Positions 1-10,733 of a stretch of DNA of 34,105 nt are shown here, piece after piece (positions within the stretch are counted from its first letter, which is position 1; every line of letters starts with the position of its first letter). The DNA is taken from NCBI RefSeq assembly GCF_006345805.1, contig NW_021831693.1, positions 1 through 34,105 of the forward strand, in the 5' to 3' direction. Both the position numbers and the translations under genes were made by a program. The notes beneath the pieces were generated by a model. That model searched no databases. It had not been told where the DNA came from and saw nothing but the letters and a program-made list of their open reading frames with translations. This DNA comes from Octopus sinensis. Lineage: Eukaryota.

Positions 1-139
1 GACTGAGGAAATGTATAGATGTGCACGACCACCATTGGACGGTTTTGAATGACCATAGAAAGTGCGAGCTCTCAACTGAAAAATTGTGGATTTGTATAAA
101 GGACACGCACACAGAGATTTTGCCGTTTATATATGTAGA
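1..139 (-). mobile_element. Possible Helitron-type 5' end (rest outside window)
   Basis: Minus strand begins TCTACATATATAAACGGC, like the TC-(TA)n start of the Helitron at 7481-7878; no 3' end visible. Confidence 0.35.
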
Positions 140-235
140 GACTTTTTGAAATATCGAATGACTAGGAGTGTCCATCCGAGTTAAATAGGAATTAAGGTGA
201 TCCACAGGCAAAAAGTGGTTGAGAACCTCTAACAT
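128..235. repeat. Local duplicate of 4350-4475 (contains hAT/Charlie-like right end)
   Basis: Near-identical over ~108 bp to 4350-4475 except a few substitutions and an 18-bp deletion. Confidence 0.9.
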
Positions 236-472
236 ATATATACATATATATATATGTATGTGTATGTTTGTGTGTCTGTGTTTGTTGCCCCGACATCGCT
301 TGACAACCGATGCTGGTGTATTTACGTCCCCGTAACTTAGCGGTTCGGCAAAAAAAACCGATAGATTAAGTAGTAGGCTGACAAAGAATAAGTCCTGGGG
401 GTCTATTTGCTCGACTAAAGGCGGTGCTCCAGCATGGCCACAGTCAAATGGCATGAAACAAGAGAAAGAGTA
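236..472 (+). mobile_element. SINE family C, microsatellite plus 3' half
   Basis: Matches 1000-1204; ends in AAAGAGTA tail. Confidence 0.85.
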
Positions 473-485
473 AATATATGTAGGC

Positions 486-535
<50 letters not shown>

Positions 536-780
536 GTGGGTGAATGAAAAGAGACGCATACACCTGCATAAACACAACAAAGCATACGTAAAGAAAATCT
601 AAACAAAATGTCTGTCGTGTACGTGTGAAATTCTTAAGTGCTTATGCACTAAAGCAACAATGCAGTTGCGTGCATGCAATGAGAATCAACACCGTACTGC
701 ACTCGATGTTTTTACGCATGACTGAACAGAAAAAATAAACAGAATGCGAAATCTCAGCAAAAAAAAAAAAGAAAAAAAAT

Positions 781-1204
781 AGGCGCAGGAGTGGCTGTGT
801 GGTAAGTAGCTTGCTAACCAACCACATGGTTGAGGGTTCAGTCCCACTGCGTGGCATCTTGGGCAAGTGTCTTCTGCTATAGTCCCGGGCCGACCAATGC
901 CTTGTGAGTGGATTTGGTAGACGGAAACTGAAAGAAGCCTGTCGTATATATGTATATATATATATATATATATAGGTGTGTGTGTGTTTGTGTGTCTGTG
1001 TTTGTCCCCCTAGCATTGCTTGACAACCGATACTGGTGTGTTTACGTCCCCGTCACTTAGCGGTTCGGCAAAAAGAGACCGATAGAATAAGTACTAGGCA
1101 TACAAAGAATAAGTCCCGGGGTCGATTTGGTCGACTAAAGGCGGTGCTCCAGCATGGCTGCAGTCAAGTGACTGAAACAAGTAAAAGAGTAAAAGAGTAA
1201 AGAG
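781..1204 (+). mobile_element. SINE family C, full length (tRNA head, CORE-like block, internal (TA)n(TG)n, 3' domain, (AAAAGAGT)n tail)
   Basis: A-box TGGCTGTGTGG, B-box GGGTTCAGTCCC, CTTGGGCAAGTGTCTT resembling the CORE/MIR central motif; same layout at 9992, 24027, 33487. Confidence 0.9.
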
Positions 1205-1224
1205 AGCCAAAATACCAAGTTGTT

Positions 1225-1225
1225 A

Positions 1226-1260
<35 letters not shown>

Positions 1261-1469
1261 TAAATAATAATAATAAATAATAATGATAATGGTAATGATA
1301 ATAATGATAATGATAATAATAATAATGATAATAATAATAATAAATAATAATAATAATGATAATGATAATAATAATAATGATAATGATAATAATAATAATG
1401 ATAATGATAATAATGATAATAATAATAATAATATTGATAATAATAATAATAATAATAATAATAATAGTA

Positions 1470-1508
<39 letters not shown>

Positions 1509-1534
1509 TAATAATAATAATAATAATAATAATA
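1225..1534. repeat. (GAT)n then (AAT)n trinucleotide array
   Basis: Direct reading. Confidence 0.95.
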
Positions 1535-1894
1535 AACAAGAGCACTCAGAGAGCGCAAACTTCCGCCAAGGCAACACCAACGTCCTCTCAACAGTTAGCC
1601 AGAGATGACTTTTAAAATGAGAATTTGTGAAAGGAACTCGACTGCTTTCACAAACGAAAATACTAAAAATAAATCCGAAAGCTATCAAAAATTAAGTAAA
1701 AAAAAACAGGAAAAATATTCCAGAATCTTTTTTTTCCGGTACCGGATCGATCCCAAAATCTAATCATTCCGTGCCAGTGACGAGTCCAAACATCTCTGAA
1801 AGTTGCATCCGAATCAATCCAGCGGTTCTTGAGATATCTTGTCCACGGACAGACAAACAAATACGACTGCAAACAATACCTCCGCGGAGGTAAT
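1534..1894 (-). mobile_element. Non-autonomous Helentron / DINE-1-like element (HINE)
   Basis: Perfect palindrome TACCTCCGCGGAGGTA (1877-1892); subterminal IR ACTTCCGC 1559-1566 vs GCGGAGGT 1884-1891; stem-loop GCACTC-AGA-GAGCGC 1542-1556; GACA/AACA simple repeat in core; second copy at 33891-34105. Confidence 0.7.
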
Positions 1895-1989
1895 AGTGAT
1901 TTCTTTATTAACCACATTAATAAAAAAAATATTATGAACTGTACAGGACAAAAAAAAGAATACGTGTGTGTGTTGTTGGCCTTCCGCAT

Positions 1990-2441
1990 TGGTCGCGGCG
2001 CAAATATTAGACTGAGACCGACGCGTACGGGCCGTCGCAGCAGCCGCCGCGCCTTCCGCGCGCGGGTCCTATGTGTGCGGCGGCTTCACGCCCTTCGATT
2101 TTGGTGACTCTGGATAACTGTCAGTACGATCGCACGGGCTAGTATCGCACTAGCCTTCGCGCGACGGGTCCCCCGCGAGTCCGCCCTATCAACTGTCGAC
2201 GGCCAGTCAGTGCCGACCGTGGTGGCAACGGGTAACGGGGAATCAGGGTTCGATTCCGGAGAGGGAGCATGCGAAACGGCTACCACATCCAAGGAAGGCA
2301 GCAGGCGCGCAAATTACCCACTCCCGGCACGGGGAGGTAGTGACGAAAAATAACGACGCGGGATTCTGTCGAGGCCCCGCGATCGGAATGAGTACACTTC
2401 AAATCCGTTAACGAGGATCGACCGGAGGGCAAGTCTGGTGC
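1990..2441 (+). rRNA. Orphan 18S rRNA gene fragment (V2 to just before the 530 loop); not a full gene
   Basis: Universal 18S blocks TTGGTGACTCTGGATAAC, CCCTATCAACT, AGGGTTCGATTCCGGAGAGGGAGC, GGCTACCACATCCAAGGAAGGCAGCAGGCGCGCAAATTACCC, GGAGGGCAAGTCTGGTGC; flanks are not rDNA; left edge approximate. Confidence 0.95.
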
Positions 2442-2542
2442 GTGTAGACAAGACCAATAAAATTTTTAAAAAGTCAACGTGTGATCCTCAATAGGGAAGA
2501 GACGTTCGAGGGCTGCTCATGGAAAACGCGCATAAAAATACC

Positions 2543-2954
2543 TATTTCTTTACTACCCACAAGGGGCTAAACACAGAGAGGACAAACAAGGACAGACATA
2601 GGTATTAAGTCGATTACATCGACCCCAGTGCGTAACTGGTACTTAATTTATCGACCCCGAAAGGATGAAAGGTAAAGTCGACCTCGGCAGAATTTGAACT
2701 CAGAACACAAAGACAGACGAAATACCTATTTCTTTACTACCCACAAGGGGCTAAACACAGAGAGGTCAAACAAGGAAAGACAAACGGATTAAGTCGATTA
2801 TATCGACCCCAGTGCGTAACTGGTACTTATTTAATCGACTCCGAAAGGATGAAAGGCAAAGTCGACCTCGGCGGAATTTGAACTCAGAACATAAAGACAG
2901 ACGTAATACCGCTAAGCATTTCGCCCGGCGTGCTAACGTTTCTGCCAGCTCGCA
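2543..2954 (-). mobile_element. SINE family A dimer with 13-bp TSD
   Basis: Full copy plus head-truncated copy; TSD GCATAAAAATACC at 2530-2542 and 2955-2967. Confidence 0.92.
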
Positions 2955-3016
2955 GCATAAAAATACCATGGTTACCCTGACTTTTGGAGAAGATGCCTTT
3001 TTTTTTCCATCTACAG

Positions 3017-3242
3017 GCATATTCTCATGGCAGGCCGGTTCACCCGCACCATTCTCGCCACTTTCATCCACCTTTTAGCAAATTGGCTACAAGACAACAC
3101 TTCCCTCTCTACTCTTATTTTCCTTCTTTTCAAGCGAAACTTGAAGAAGTTGGTCAGGGATTGGCCAAAAGGTGCTGTCTCTTCTAGTGTACATGTACTG
3201 GTTTACCTGAAAATACACAGGTTTCAGCAGAAAGCCAACTCG
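3017..3242 (+). CDS. Candidate internal exon, product unknown
   Basis: Polypyrimidine acceptor TTTTTTTTTCCATCTACAG at 3016, open frame HILMAGRFTRTILATFIHLLANWLQDN...; donor uncertain (3221 or 3243); alternative frames also largely open; no family recognised. Confidence 0.2.
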
Positions 3243-3417
3243 GTATAGCTTGTTCGCGTGTCTGCACTGTACATGGATCTGGTTCAGACGGCAATTCTAA
3301 CACTTCAAAGCGGAAAACGCCGGCAAAATTCCTTCTTCGTATAGTGTGAATGTTCAAAAGAGCGAGCGATTGATCAAATTTAACTTGAATGTCAAAGCTT
3401 TATTATATAGATATATA

Positions 3418-3473
<56 letters not shown>

Positions 3474-3491
3474 ATATATATTCTATATACT

Positions 3492-3547
<56 letters not shown>

Positions 3548-4264
3548 TATAATACATTTTGGCGATTAAAAGAACACACGTTGACTCATACATGAACGTA
3601 CACACACATACACAGAGGTTTCACATGCATAGAAGCCAAGAAACAAATATACGCAAACACTTGTATTTGCATATAGTTACATATAGAAACACGAATACAA
3701 ATTGACATGTACATGCTAACATAGAAAGGCACAAAGATACGCAACCAGAAATCGTATTAAAAAAATGTCGTAGAAAAGCATACGTTAAGAATTAAGTGCA
3801 TATAAACATGTATTTCAAAATAGGAGCAGCCATATTATGTACACGTATGATCAACCCTTCACACAGTTTCCTCTTTCTATACACGCGTGTGTGTGTGTGT
3901 GTGTGCTTATTAAAATCATTACGGCAGATAACGTTTTTTTTTTTTACCTCAGGATTTCTTTATTCTTTTGTAGTTATGACCATTTAAGTTCTTGTTTAGC
4001 CCAAGTTAACCCTAATCGAGCTGACCGACTTATGATCAAAGACATTCCATTCGTGCCCACCCTTCTTTTTTCCTATGTGCCGAAAGTCCTTTTTTTTAAA
4101 AATAAAACGGTAATACGGGATAATGTGAAAGATATTTCGTTGCCATTTCTTGCAGGTCTAGTACCACGGGGCTCATAAGGTTGCCGCTTTAAGCCGCAAA
4201 TACAGGATTACACTAATTTTCAGGACTGCTACATTTCAAATATTCTTATTTTTTCTGTGACATT

Positions 4265-4453
4265 CGATGTTCTTAAACCCTCGGTGTCGTGTAGTGAGCT
4301 TTCCATGGACGCTATACCGCAGCAAATTTGGCGTATAAACAAAAACACATATATATGTAGAGACTTTTTGAAATATCGTATGACTAGGAGTGTCCATCCG
4401 AGTTAAATAGGAATTAAGGTGATCCACAGGTAAAAGGTGGTTGAGAACCATTG
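4265..4453. mobile_element. Decayed hAT/Charlie-like MITE
   Basis: Right end GGTTGAGAACCATTG resembles the reverse complement of Charlie-type TIR CAGTGGTTCTCAACC; left end degenerate; no clear TSD. Confidence 0.4.
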
Positions 4454-4919
4454 CTTTACACAGTACCTCTAACATTTAGAAATAACAGCCAAACACCCCC
4501 TCAAACCACAGCACATTGTATGATAAAGTCTGAGATACATATAAGACCGAACGGTCACAACTGCAAGCCTTTTTTCATCATTGGTCTGTTCAAGCAGACC
4601 AATTTATACATACGTGTGTGTGTGGGGGGGGTGATCTCTCCATTTAATTATTTGAAGTCTTCGGTAAAGAATAAGTGAGATTTTAACAAAGATACAAAGC
4701 GCCACCGTTGTACTGGATCAAATTCACCGCTGAAACTTGAGAAAAGTCTTGCTTATCTTTATGGTCCCATTTACAGATATTATTTGTAATGCGTTATTTT
4801 TATACTCGACAGAATATTTGATGGGGCTGTTCCAACAATATTCCTTGTATTGATTTTGCGTATGTATTCAATATGTATTTTGTTTCAGGACAGTCAATTT
4901 TCAGATGCCATTTTATATA

Positions 4920-5152
4920 TATTTCTTTACTACCCACAAGGGGCTAGACATAGAGGGGGACAAACAAGGACAGACAAAGGGATTAAGTCGATTACATCGA
5001 CCCCAGTGCGTAACTGGTACTTAATTTATCGACCCCGAAAGGATGAAAGGCAAAGTCGACCTCGGCAGAATTTGAACTCGGAACGTAACGACAGATGAAA
5101 TACGGCTACGAATTTCGCCCGGCGTGCTGTTTCTACCAGCTCGCCGCCTTTA
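4920..5152 (-). mobile_element. SINE family A, full length with 15-bp TSD
   Basis: TSD ATGCCATTTTATATA at 4905-4919 and 5153-5167; A/B boxes present. Confidence 0.93.
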
Positions 5153-5506
5153 ATGCCATTTTATATAGTTTCACCGACAACGTCGTGTCCCATAGTGGAG
5201 TAGTGCCTTAATGACAAGTTTTCGGGAAGCTTCTAATCAGAAATATGACATCCAGAGTAACGTGGCCTGATCTACATTTTCGGTTGCATATCTAGGCGCC
5301 AAGAACTTCGATGTCCCTATTTTTTTACTAGGTACTACGTAGCAGTCTCGTACATAGCAGGGTGCCATCATCATAAGACGTGCAGAAGTAGAAAATCGTA
5401 TAAAAGCGATTTCTTGAACGTTTTCTTCCACAATTATGCCGACTCCTTAATTGTTTTAAAATATTACTAACCACTTACTAACATACACATATATATCTAT
5501 ATCTAC

Positions 5507-5587
<81 letters not shown>

Positions 5588-5594
<7 letters not shown>

Positions 5595-5846
5595 ATCACG
5601 TGACCGACCAGACCATCAGATGTTGTTACACATCGCTGGTCACAATGCGTTCGCATTGTTTTAGCCTTCGAATGACGCCACCCCGCTGGCTAAGCGAGCA
5701 GGCCAACAGAAGAAAGAGTGGGAGAAAGAGTGGTGAAAGAGTACAGGAGGGATCACCACCCCCTGCCGGAGCCTCTTAAAGCTTTTTTAGGTGTTTTCGC
5801 TCAATAAACACTCACAACACCCTAACCACTAGGCCATTGCGCCTCC

Positions 5847-5847
<1 letters not shown>
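5588..5847 (-). mobile_element. tRNA-derived SINE with internal deletion of the B-box region
   Basis: Minus strand starts TGGAGGCGCAATGGCCTAGTGGTTAGGG (A-box) and jumps to TGTTGTGAG; 3' end is the palindrome TCACGTGATCACGTGA (5588-5603) abutting (TA)n(GA)n. Confidence 0.7.
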
Positions 5848-5885
<38 letters not shown>

Positions 5886-5898
5886 TATACATATACAA

Positions 5899-6062
5899 CT
5901 GTTGTGTCTGGGGAGAGTCATTTTCTTTTTGTGCCTTATGATTTAACACACTCACAGGTAAAATTTCCACTTATTTCTTATTTCTATTTTCCTGGAAATT
6001 TTACCGGTGAGTGTGTTAAATCATAAGGCACGAAAAAAAACTCACTCTCCCCAGGCACAACA

Positions 6063-6063
<1 letters not shown>
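5899..6063. mobile_element. Fold-back MITE (Tc1/mariner-like, TA target)
   Basis: ~71-bp imperfect arms 5899-5969 / 5993-6063 with 23-bp spacer, embedded in (TA)n. Confidence 0.85.
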
Positions 6064-6152
<89 letters not shown>

Positions 6153-6198
6153 ATATATATATATAAATAATTATAAAAATATATATATAAAAATATAT

Positions 6199-6268
<70 letters not shown>

Positions 6269-6274
6269 ATATAT

Positions 6275-6334
<60 letters not shown>

Positions 6335-6339
6335 TATAA

Positions 6340-6375
<36 letters not shown>

Positions 6376-6384
6376 TACATATAT

Positions 6385-6424
<40 letters not shown>

Positions 6425-6461
6425 AATATACATATATATATAGTATATATATATATATATA
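6064..6461. repeat. (TA)n microsatellite
   Basis: Direct reading. Confidence 0.95.
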
Positions 6462-7480
6462 ATTTTTTTTTCTTTTTGCAAGATTCTTGATGTGAATTCG
6501 TCTGTTGAAACAGATATTGTGTGTGCCAGTTTAGCCAATAAACACACACGCACTATATTTTAGTGTTAATTTGCTTCAGCTTTATTTTATTATGCGTCGT
6601 CTATAAAATAAGTACCAGTTACGCACTGGGGTCGATGTAATCGACATATACCTTCCCCCGAAATGCTGGCCTTGCGCAAAAATTTGAACCCAATGTATAT
6701 TAAAGATGTCTATTTGTCAAAAAATCCCATACCATCAATGTTTGCACAATAAAACGTGTCGCAAATTTGCATTGACACAATCTATAATGGTTCATTCAGC
6801 TGAAATATAAACGTTAAAATATACTTTTTCGCAGCAAATAATAAGCAGTATGATAATTATATAATTAAATCATATATATAATTACGATTCTAAAAGACAC
6901 TTAGATCGACCAACAATAAAGTCGTACATTCAATGAAATATGAAAGAATCGAATCGAAGTCAAAAATAGGAAACTACTTAAATAACACGTACACATTGAA
7001 CAAACAACAAAGCTGAAAATGTTAGAATTATTGATATTAAAACGTTCCATTACTTACGATAATAGCAACACCTTAAAAATAAATATATATTATAAGTGTT
7101 TGCTAAGTCATCTGTAATGTAATATTTCCAAGTAATTTTGTAATATTTAATTACGAAAATCAAGTCAATAAGAATTTTTGAAAGACGCCATTGAATGGTA
7201 TAATCAACGGTCAGCTGGAGCCGGGTGAGTTTCTATTTGTTGGAACTTAGTGAAGAAAAAAAGAGCCGTGTGTCGCAAGTCTAGAGGTAAAAAATATAAA
7301 GGAGCTGCGTGTCGCACGTCTAGACCACTTAGACCAAGCAGTCTAACATCAAATGTTTACCTGTGTTTACCATACGCCGATGAAATGTTAGATCGACCTT
7401 GATTAGTAATTGAACTTGACAAACAAAACTAACAAAACACGTTGCACAAATTGTGTATGTGCAAACATATTTAGATATAA

Positions 7481-7878
7481 CTAGCAGTATCGCCCGGCGT
7501 TGCTCGGGTTTGTAAGGGAAATTACTATATAAGCATTTTTAGAGAGTTATAGCCAAAAAATAGCAAAAAAATGCATTAAAAATGAAAAAAAAATTATGGT
7601 AATTTTTTTTTTAAATCGTTGACTCATCGTAGACATTTTTAGAGAGTTACTTCCCTATATAATAGCGAAAAAAATGCATTAAAATGGAAAAAAATGATGG
7701 TAATTTTTTTTTTAAATCGTAGACTCATCGTAGACGCGCGCTAATACCCAGAAGGGCTCGATATGAATCACGACTATAAGATACCCGGTTTTGGTTAAAC
7801 TGCACCGCAAAATGTGGGAGTAGTTAGGAATCTAAATCGTAGGAGACAGACACACAACTTGACTTTTATATATAAAGA
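7481..7878 (-). mobile_element. Non-autonomous Helitron
   Basis: Minus strand: A|TCTTTATATATAAAAG start, CCCGAGCAACGCCGGG hairpin shortly before CTAG|T end; inserted between A and T with no TSD. Confidence 0.85.
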
Positions 7879-7978
7879 TGTAAAGTAATTTCGAGGATAA
7901 AAACACTAAATCAAAACCAGCGGTTAGATGATCGTGAATCCGGGTCCCGCAATAAAAATTTCGTTACGTTTTTATAAC

Positions 7979-8545
7979 AATCATCATCATTGTTTGACCG
8001 TGGTCGAGGCAATGGAATTTACTATGTTACGCCAGACTTCACGGTCCATCATAGCATTACGGAGGTCCTGTTGCTTGATGCCTGTGTCTCCACGGTATCA
8101 CTTTAGGGCTTATAATTTATAATTCAAGCATAATTGCAGAGTAGTTATAATAAATAAAGGATTAAGAAATAATGTGTGAAGTCTCTTACAACCTATTTCT
8201 AGAAGAGCTGAGCCTGAGGAGCATATATAATTCAGTAAAGGTTTCTACGTAAGACGACTGCTCCATCTTCACAGAGAAAGGATTACATCAGGGTAGGAGA
8301 GTGTGCGCCCTCTGGTACCGCGACAGATGGCTTCCAGAGGAGAAGAGTAGAAATTACCTCGTTTTCAGCTCTACAACAATGTCCAGCAAACTGGATTCTT
8401 CTACCTTTCACAAGAGATGATACAGGTGGTAGTTTCCCATATATTTGTACATTGGTTGGATGAGGCTTCCACGAGAGATTTTGAGCTCTCATAAGGAGGC
8501 GAGTGTAAGTTCCATCCAACCGCCTCTCAAGCTTCTTTGATAAAA
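7979..8545 (-). pseudogene. 3' remnant of RTE-clade LINE ORF, frameshifted and interrupted at ~8093-8280
   Basis: KKLERRLDGTYTRLLMRAQNLSWKPHPTN...RRIQFAGHC...LLWKP/RGRTLSYPDVI, then DTGIKQQDLRNAMMDREVWR...KQ* and an (ATG)n tail. Confidence 0.8.
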
Positions 8546-8799
8546 GATATACGTCAATACAATGAATAAAAAGAAACAAAATATTTAACAATTAATAGTG
8601 ATTTCATAACTTGGCAGATGGCCATCAATTTATGGAGAAGGGTAAGTTGATTACATCGGCCTCAGTTCTTAAGCGGTACTTATTTTTTTGACCCCGGAGT
8701 ATAAAAGGCGGAATTTGAACGTGAAGATGGACGAAGTGCTGCTAAGCTTGCCGCTCAGCGTACTAAAGATTCTGTCATCTCACTGCCTTGATAATCATT

Positions 8800-9201
8800 G
8801 ATAGTGGTTTCAAATTTTGGCTCAAGGCCAGCAATTTCTGGAGAGGACTAAGTCGATTATATCGACTTCAGTGCTCAACTGGTACTTATTTTATTGACTC
8901 CGAAGGGATGAATGACAAAGTCGACCTCGGCGGAATTTGAACTCAGAAAGTAACGGCAGACGAAATACGTATTTCTTTACAACCCACAAGGGGCTAAACA
9001 CAGAGAGGACAAACAAGGACACACAAACGTATTAAGTCGATTACATCGACCCCAGTGCGTAACTGGTACTTAATTTATTGACTCCGAAAGGATGAAAGGC
9101 AAAGTCGACCTCGCGAAAGTTGAACTCAGAACGTGAAGATAGACGAAATGCCGCTAAGCATTACGTTTGGCGTTCTCACGATTCTGCCATTTTGCCGTCT
9201 T
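8800..9201 (-). mobile_element. SINE A/B tandem: family A copy followed by head-truncated family B copy
   Basis: Same head/body, different tails; junction GAAATACGTATTTC at 8962-8975. A further decayed copy lies at ~8595-8790. Confidence 0.85.
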
Positions 9202-9419
9202 TTTAATTAATAGAATTGATGCTTTATTTCTATACGAGATGATATCATAAAGTGCCTGAACCAGGCCTAATATTAATTTAAGATGTGGTTTGAGAGCTTT
9301 ATGATACCATCTCATATACAAATAAAACATTGATATTGATAATTAGATATTTTATAACTCGATAAACGATGGTCTTTCGACATCATAAAAATACAAAGTG
9401 AGTATGCTTTTCGTTTACA

Positions 9420-9625
9420 CAGGATCTGCTACGGTTTCTTTATCTTTGGGCCTATGAGTTCTTCCACTACTCTGACTGCTGTTTTGTCTCTGGATCTTAG
9501 CCATAAACCCAACCTTCATCACCTGTGATAGATCTGGTTGTCGTTAGCCTTTCTATGTAACTCAACATCCGTCTGAAGACACCGCTCTCCTTGATCGTAT
9601 GTTAAAGTGCTGATGGAAAAATTTG
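9420..9625 (-). pseudogene. Mariner transposase remnant (start of catalytic domain, irritans-like)
   Basis: Minus translation includes ITGDEGWVYG*DPETKQQS; TGDE at 9515-9526; stops and frameshifts. Confidence 0.75.
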
Positions 9626-9991
9626 TTCACGTTTAGGGAGAGAAACTCCTGGCAGACTGCATTGCTGATTCGGCAAAATAAAATATCATTTTAAATATGT
9701 ACTCTTTTTTTTTTTAGTCAAAAAGGTGTGATTTGAAGAAATTTCATTCATATTACTAGGAAGGTTGAGGTCACGTAGAGGTTTCCTCATTGATTCTTAA
9801 ACGTCTTTTAGGCAACCCAGCCTTGACTCTTCCAGTTTTTATTCAGTGTATTTCGATCTGGACTCTATTGGAGTCATTTCTAAAAAGCGTTTTAGGGTGT
9901 TATTTGAGAGATATCTAGCGGCTGTGTATAGCGGTTCGTGTGACCAAGTAGAAGTTCTGTTTAATTAATCTTTATCTTTAAGATTTTCAAT

Positions 9992-10430
9992 AGACGCAGG
10001 AGTGGCTGTGTGGTAAGTAGCTTGCTTACCAACAACATGGTTCCGGGTTCATTCCCACCGCGTGGCACTTAGGACAAGTATCTATAGCCTCGGGCCGACC
10101 GAATCCTTATGAGTGGATTTGGTAGACGGAAACTGAAAGAAGCCCGTCGTATATATGTATATGTATATGTATGTGTGTGTGTGTGTGTGTGTATGCATGT
10201 ATGTGTGTGTAAATGTGTGTAAATGTATGTCTTTGTCACCCCAACATCGCTTGAAAACCGATGCTGGTGTGTTTGTGTCCACCGTAACTTAGCGGTTCGG
10301 CAAAAGAGACCGATAGAATAAGTACTAGGCTTCCAAAGAATAAGTCCTGGGGTCGATTTGCTCGACTAAAGGCGGTGCTACAGCATGGCCGCAGTCAAAT
10401 GACTGAAACAATTAAAAGAGTAAAAGAGTA
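9992..10430 (+). mobile_element. SINE family C, near full length
   Basis: Same layout as 781-1204. Confidence 0.9.
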
Positions 10431-10733
10431 TGTATAGTTTTCAGTCCTTTACATCCTGGTCTCATACCACCGAGGTCAACTTTATCTTCAATTCTTCCGG
10501 AGTCGAGGAAATAAAGCACCAGTTAAGTACTGAGGTCGATTCAACTGCCCAGTCCCTTCTCATAAAATTTCTGACCTTTTGTCTAGGCTAGAAATAACAC
10601 CTGTAATTAGAAAGGTACATGAAAAGTTAGTTCCCGGAAGAACCAAGTGTACAACATGATTTTAATTGCGGATTATAGATATTAAGCTTCACTTATATAT
10701 GTATCGCTAACAAGGAAAAACACAACCATCGCT

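Noticed and set aside
781-860. tRNA-like sequences at SINE heads
   Set aside because: They are followed by SINE bodies and lack acceptor stems; not tRNA genes.
2038-2047. CAGCAGCCGC inside V2, matching what would follow the right breakpoint
   Set aside because: The fragment extends upstream of it, so it does not explain a circular excision; likely chance in GC-rich V2.
4580-4603. 9-bp hairpin ATTGGTCTG/CAGACCAAT
   Set aside because: Isolated; plausible by chance in 34 kb.
4889-5207. Acceptor plus 24-codon frame restored on removing the SINE (DSQFSDAILYSFTDNVVSHSGVVP*)
   Set aside because: Too short to exceed chance; no homology recognised.
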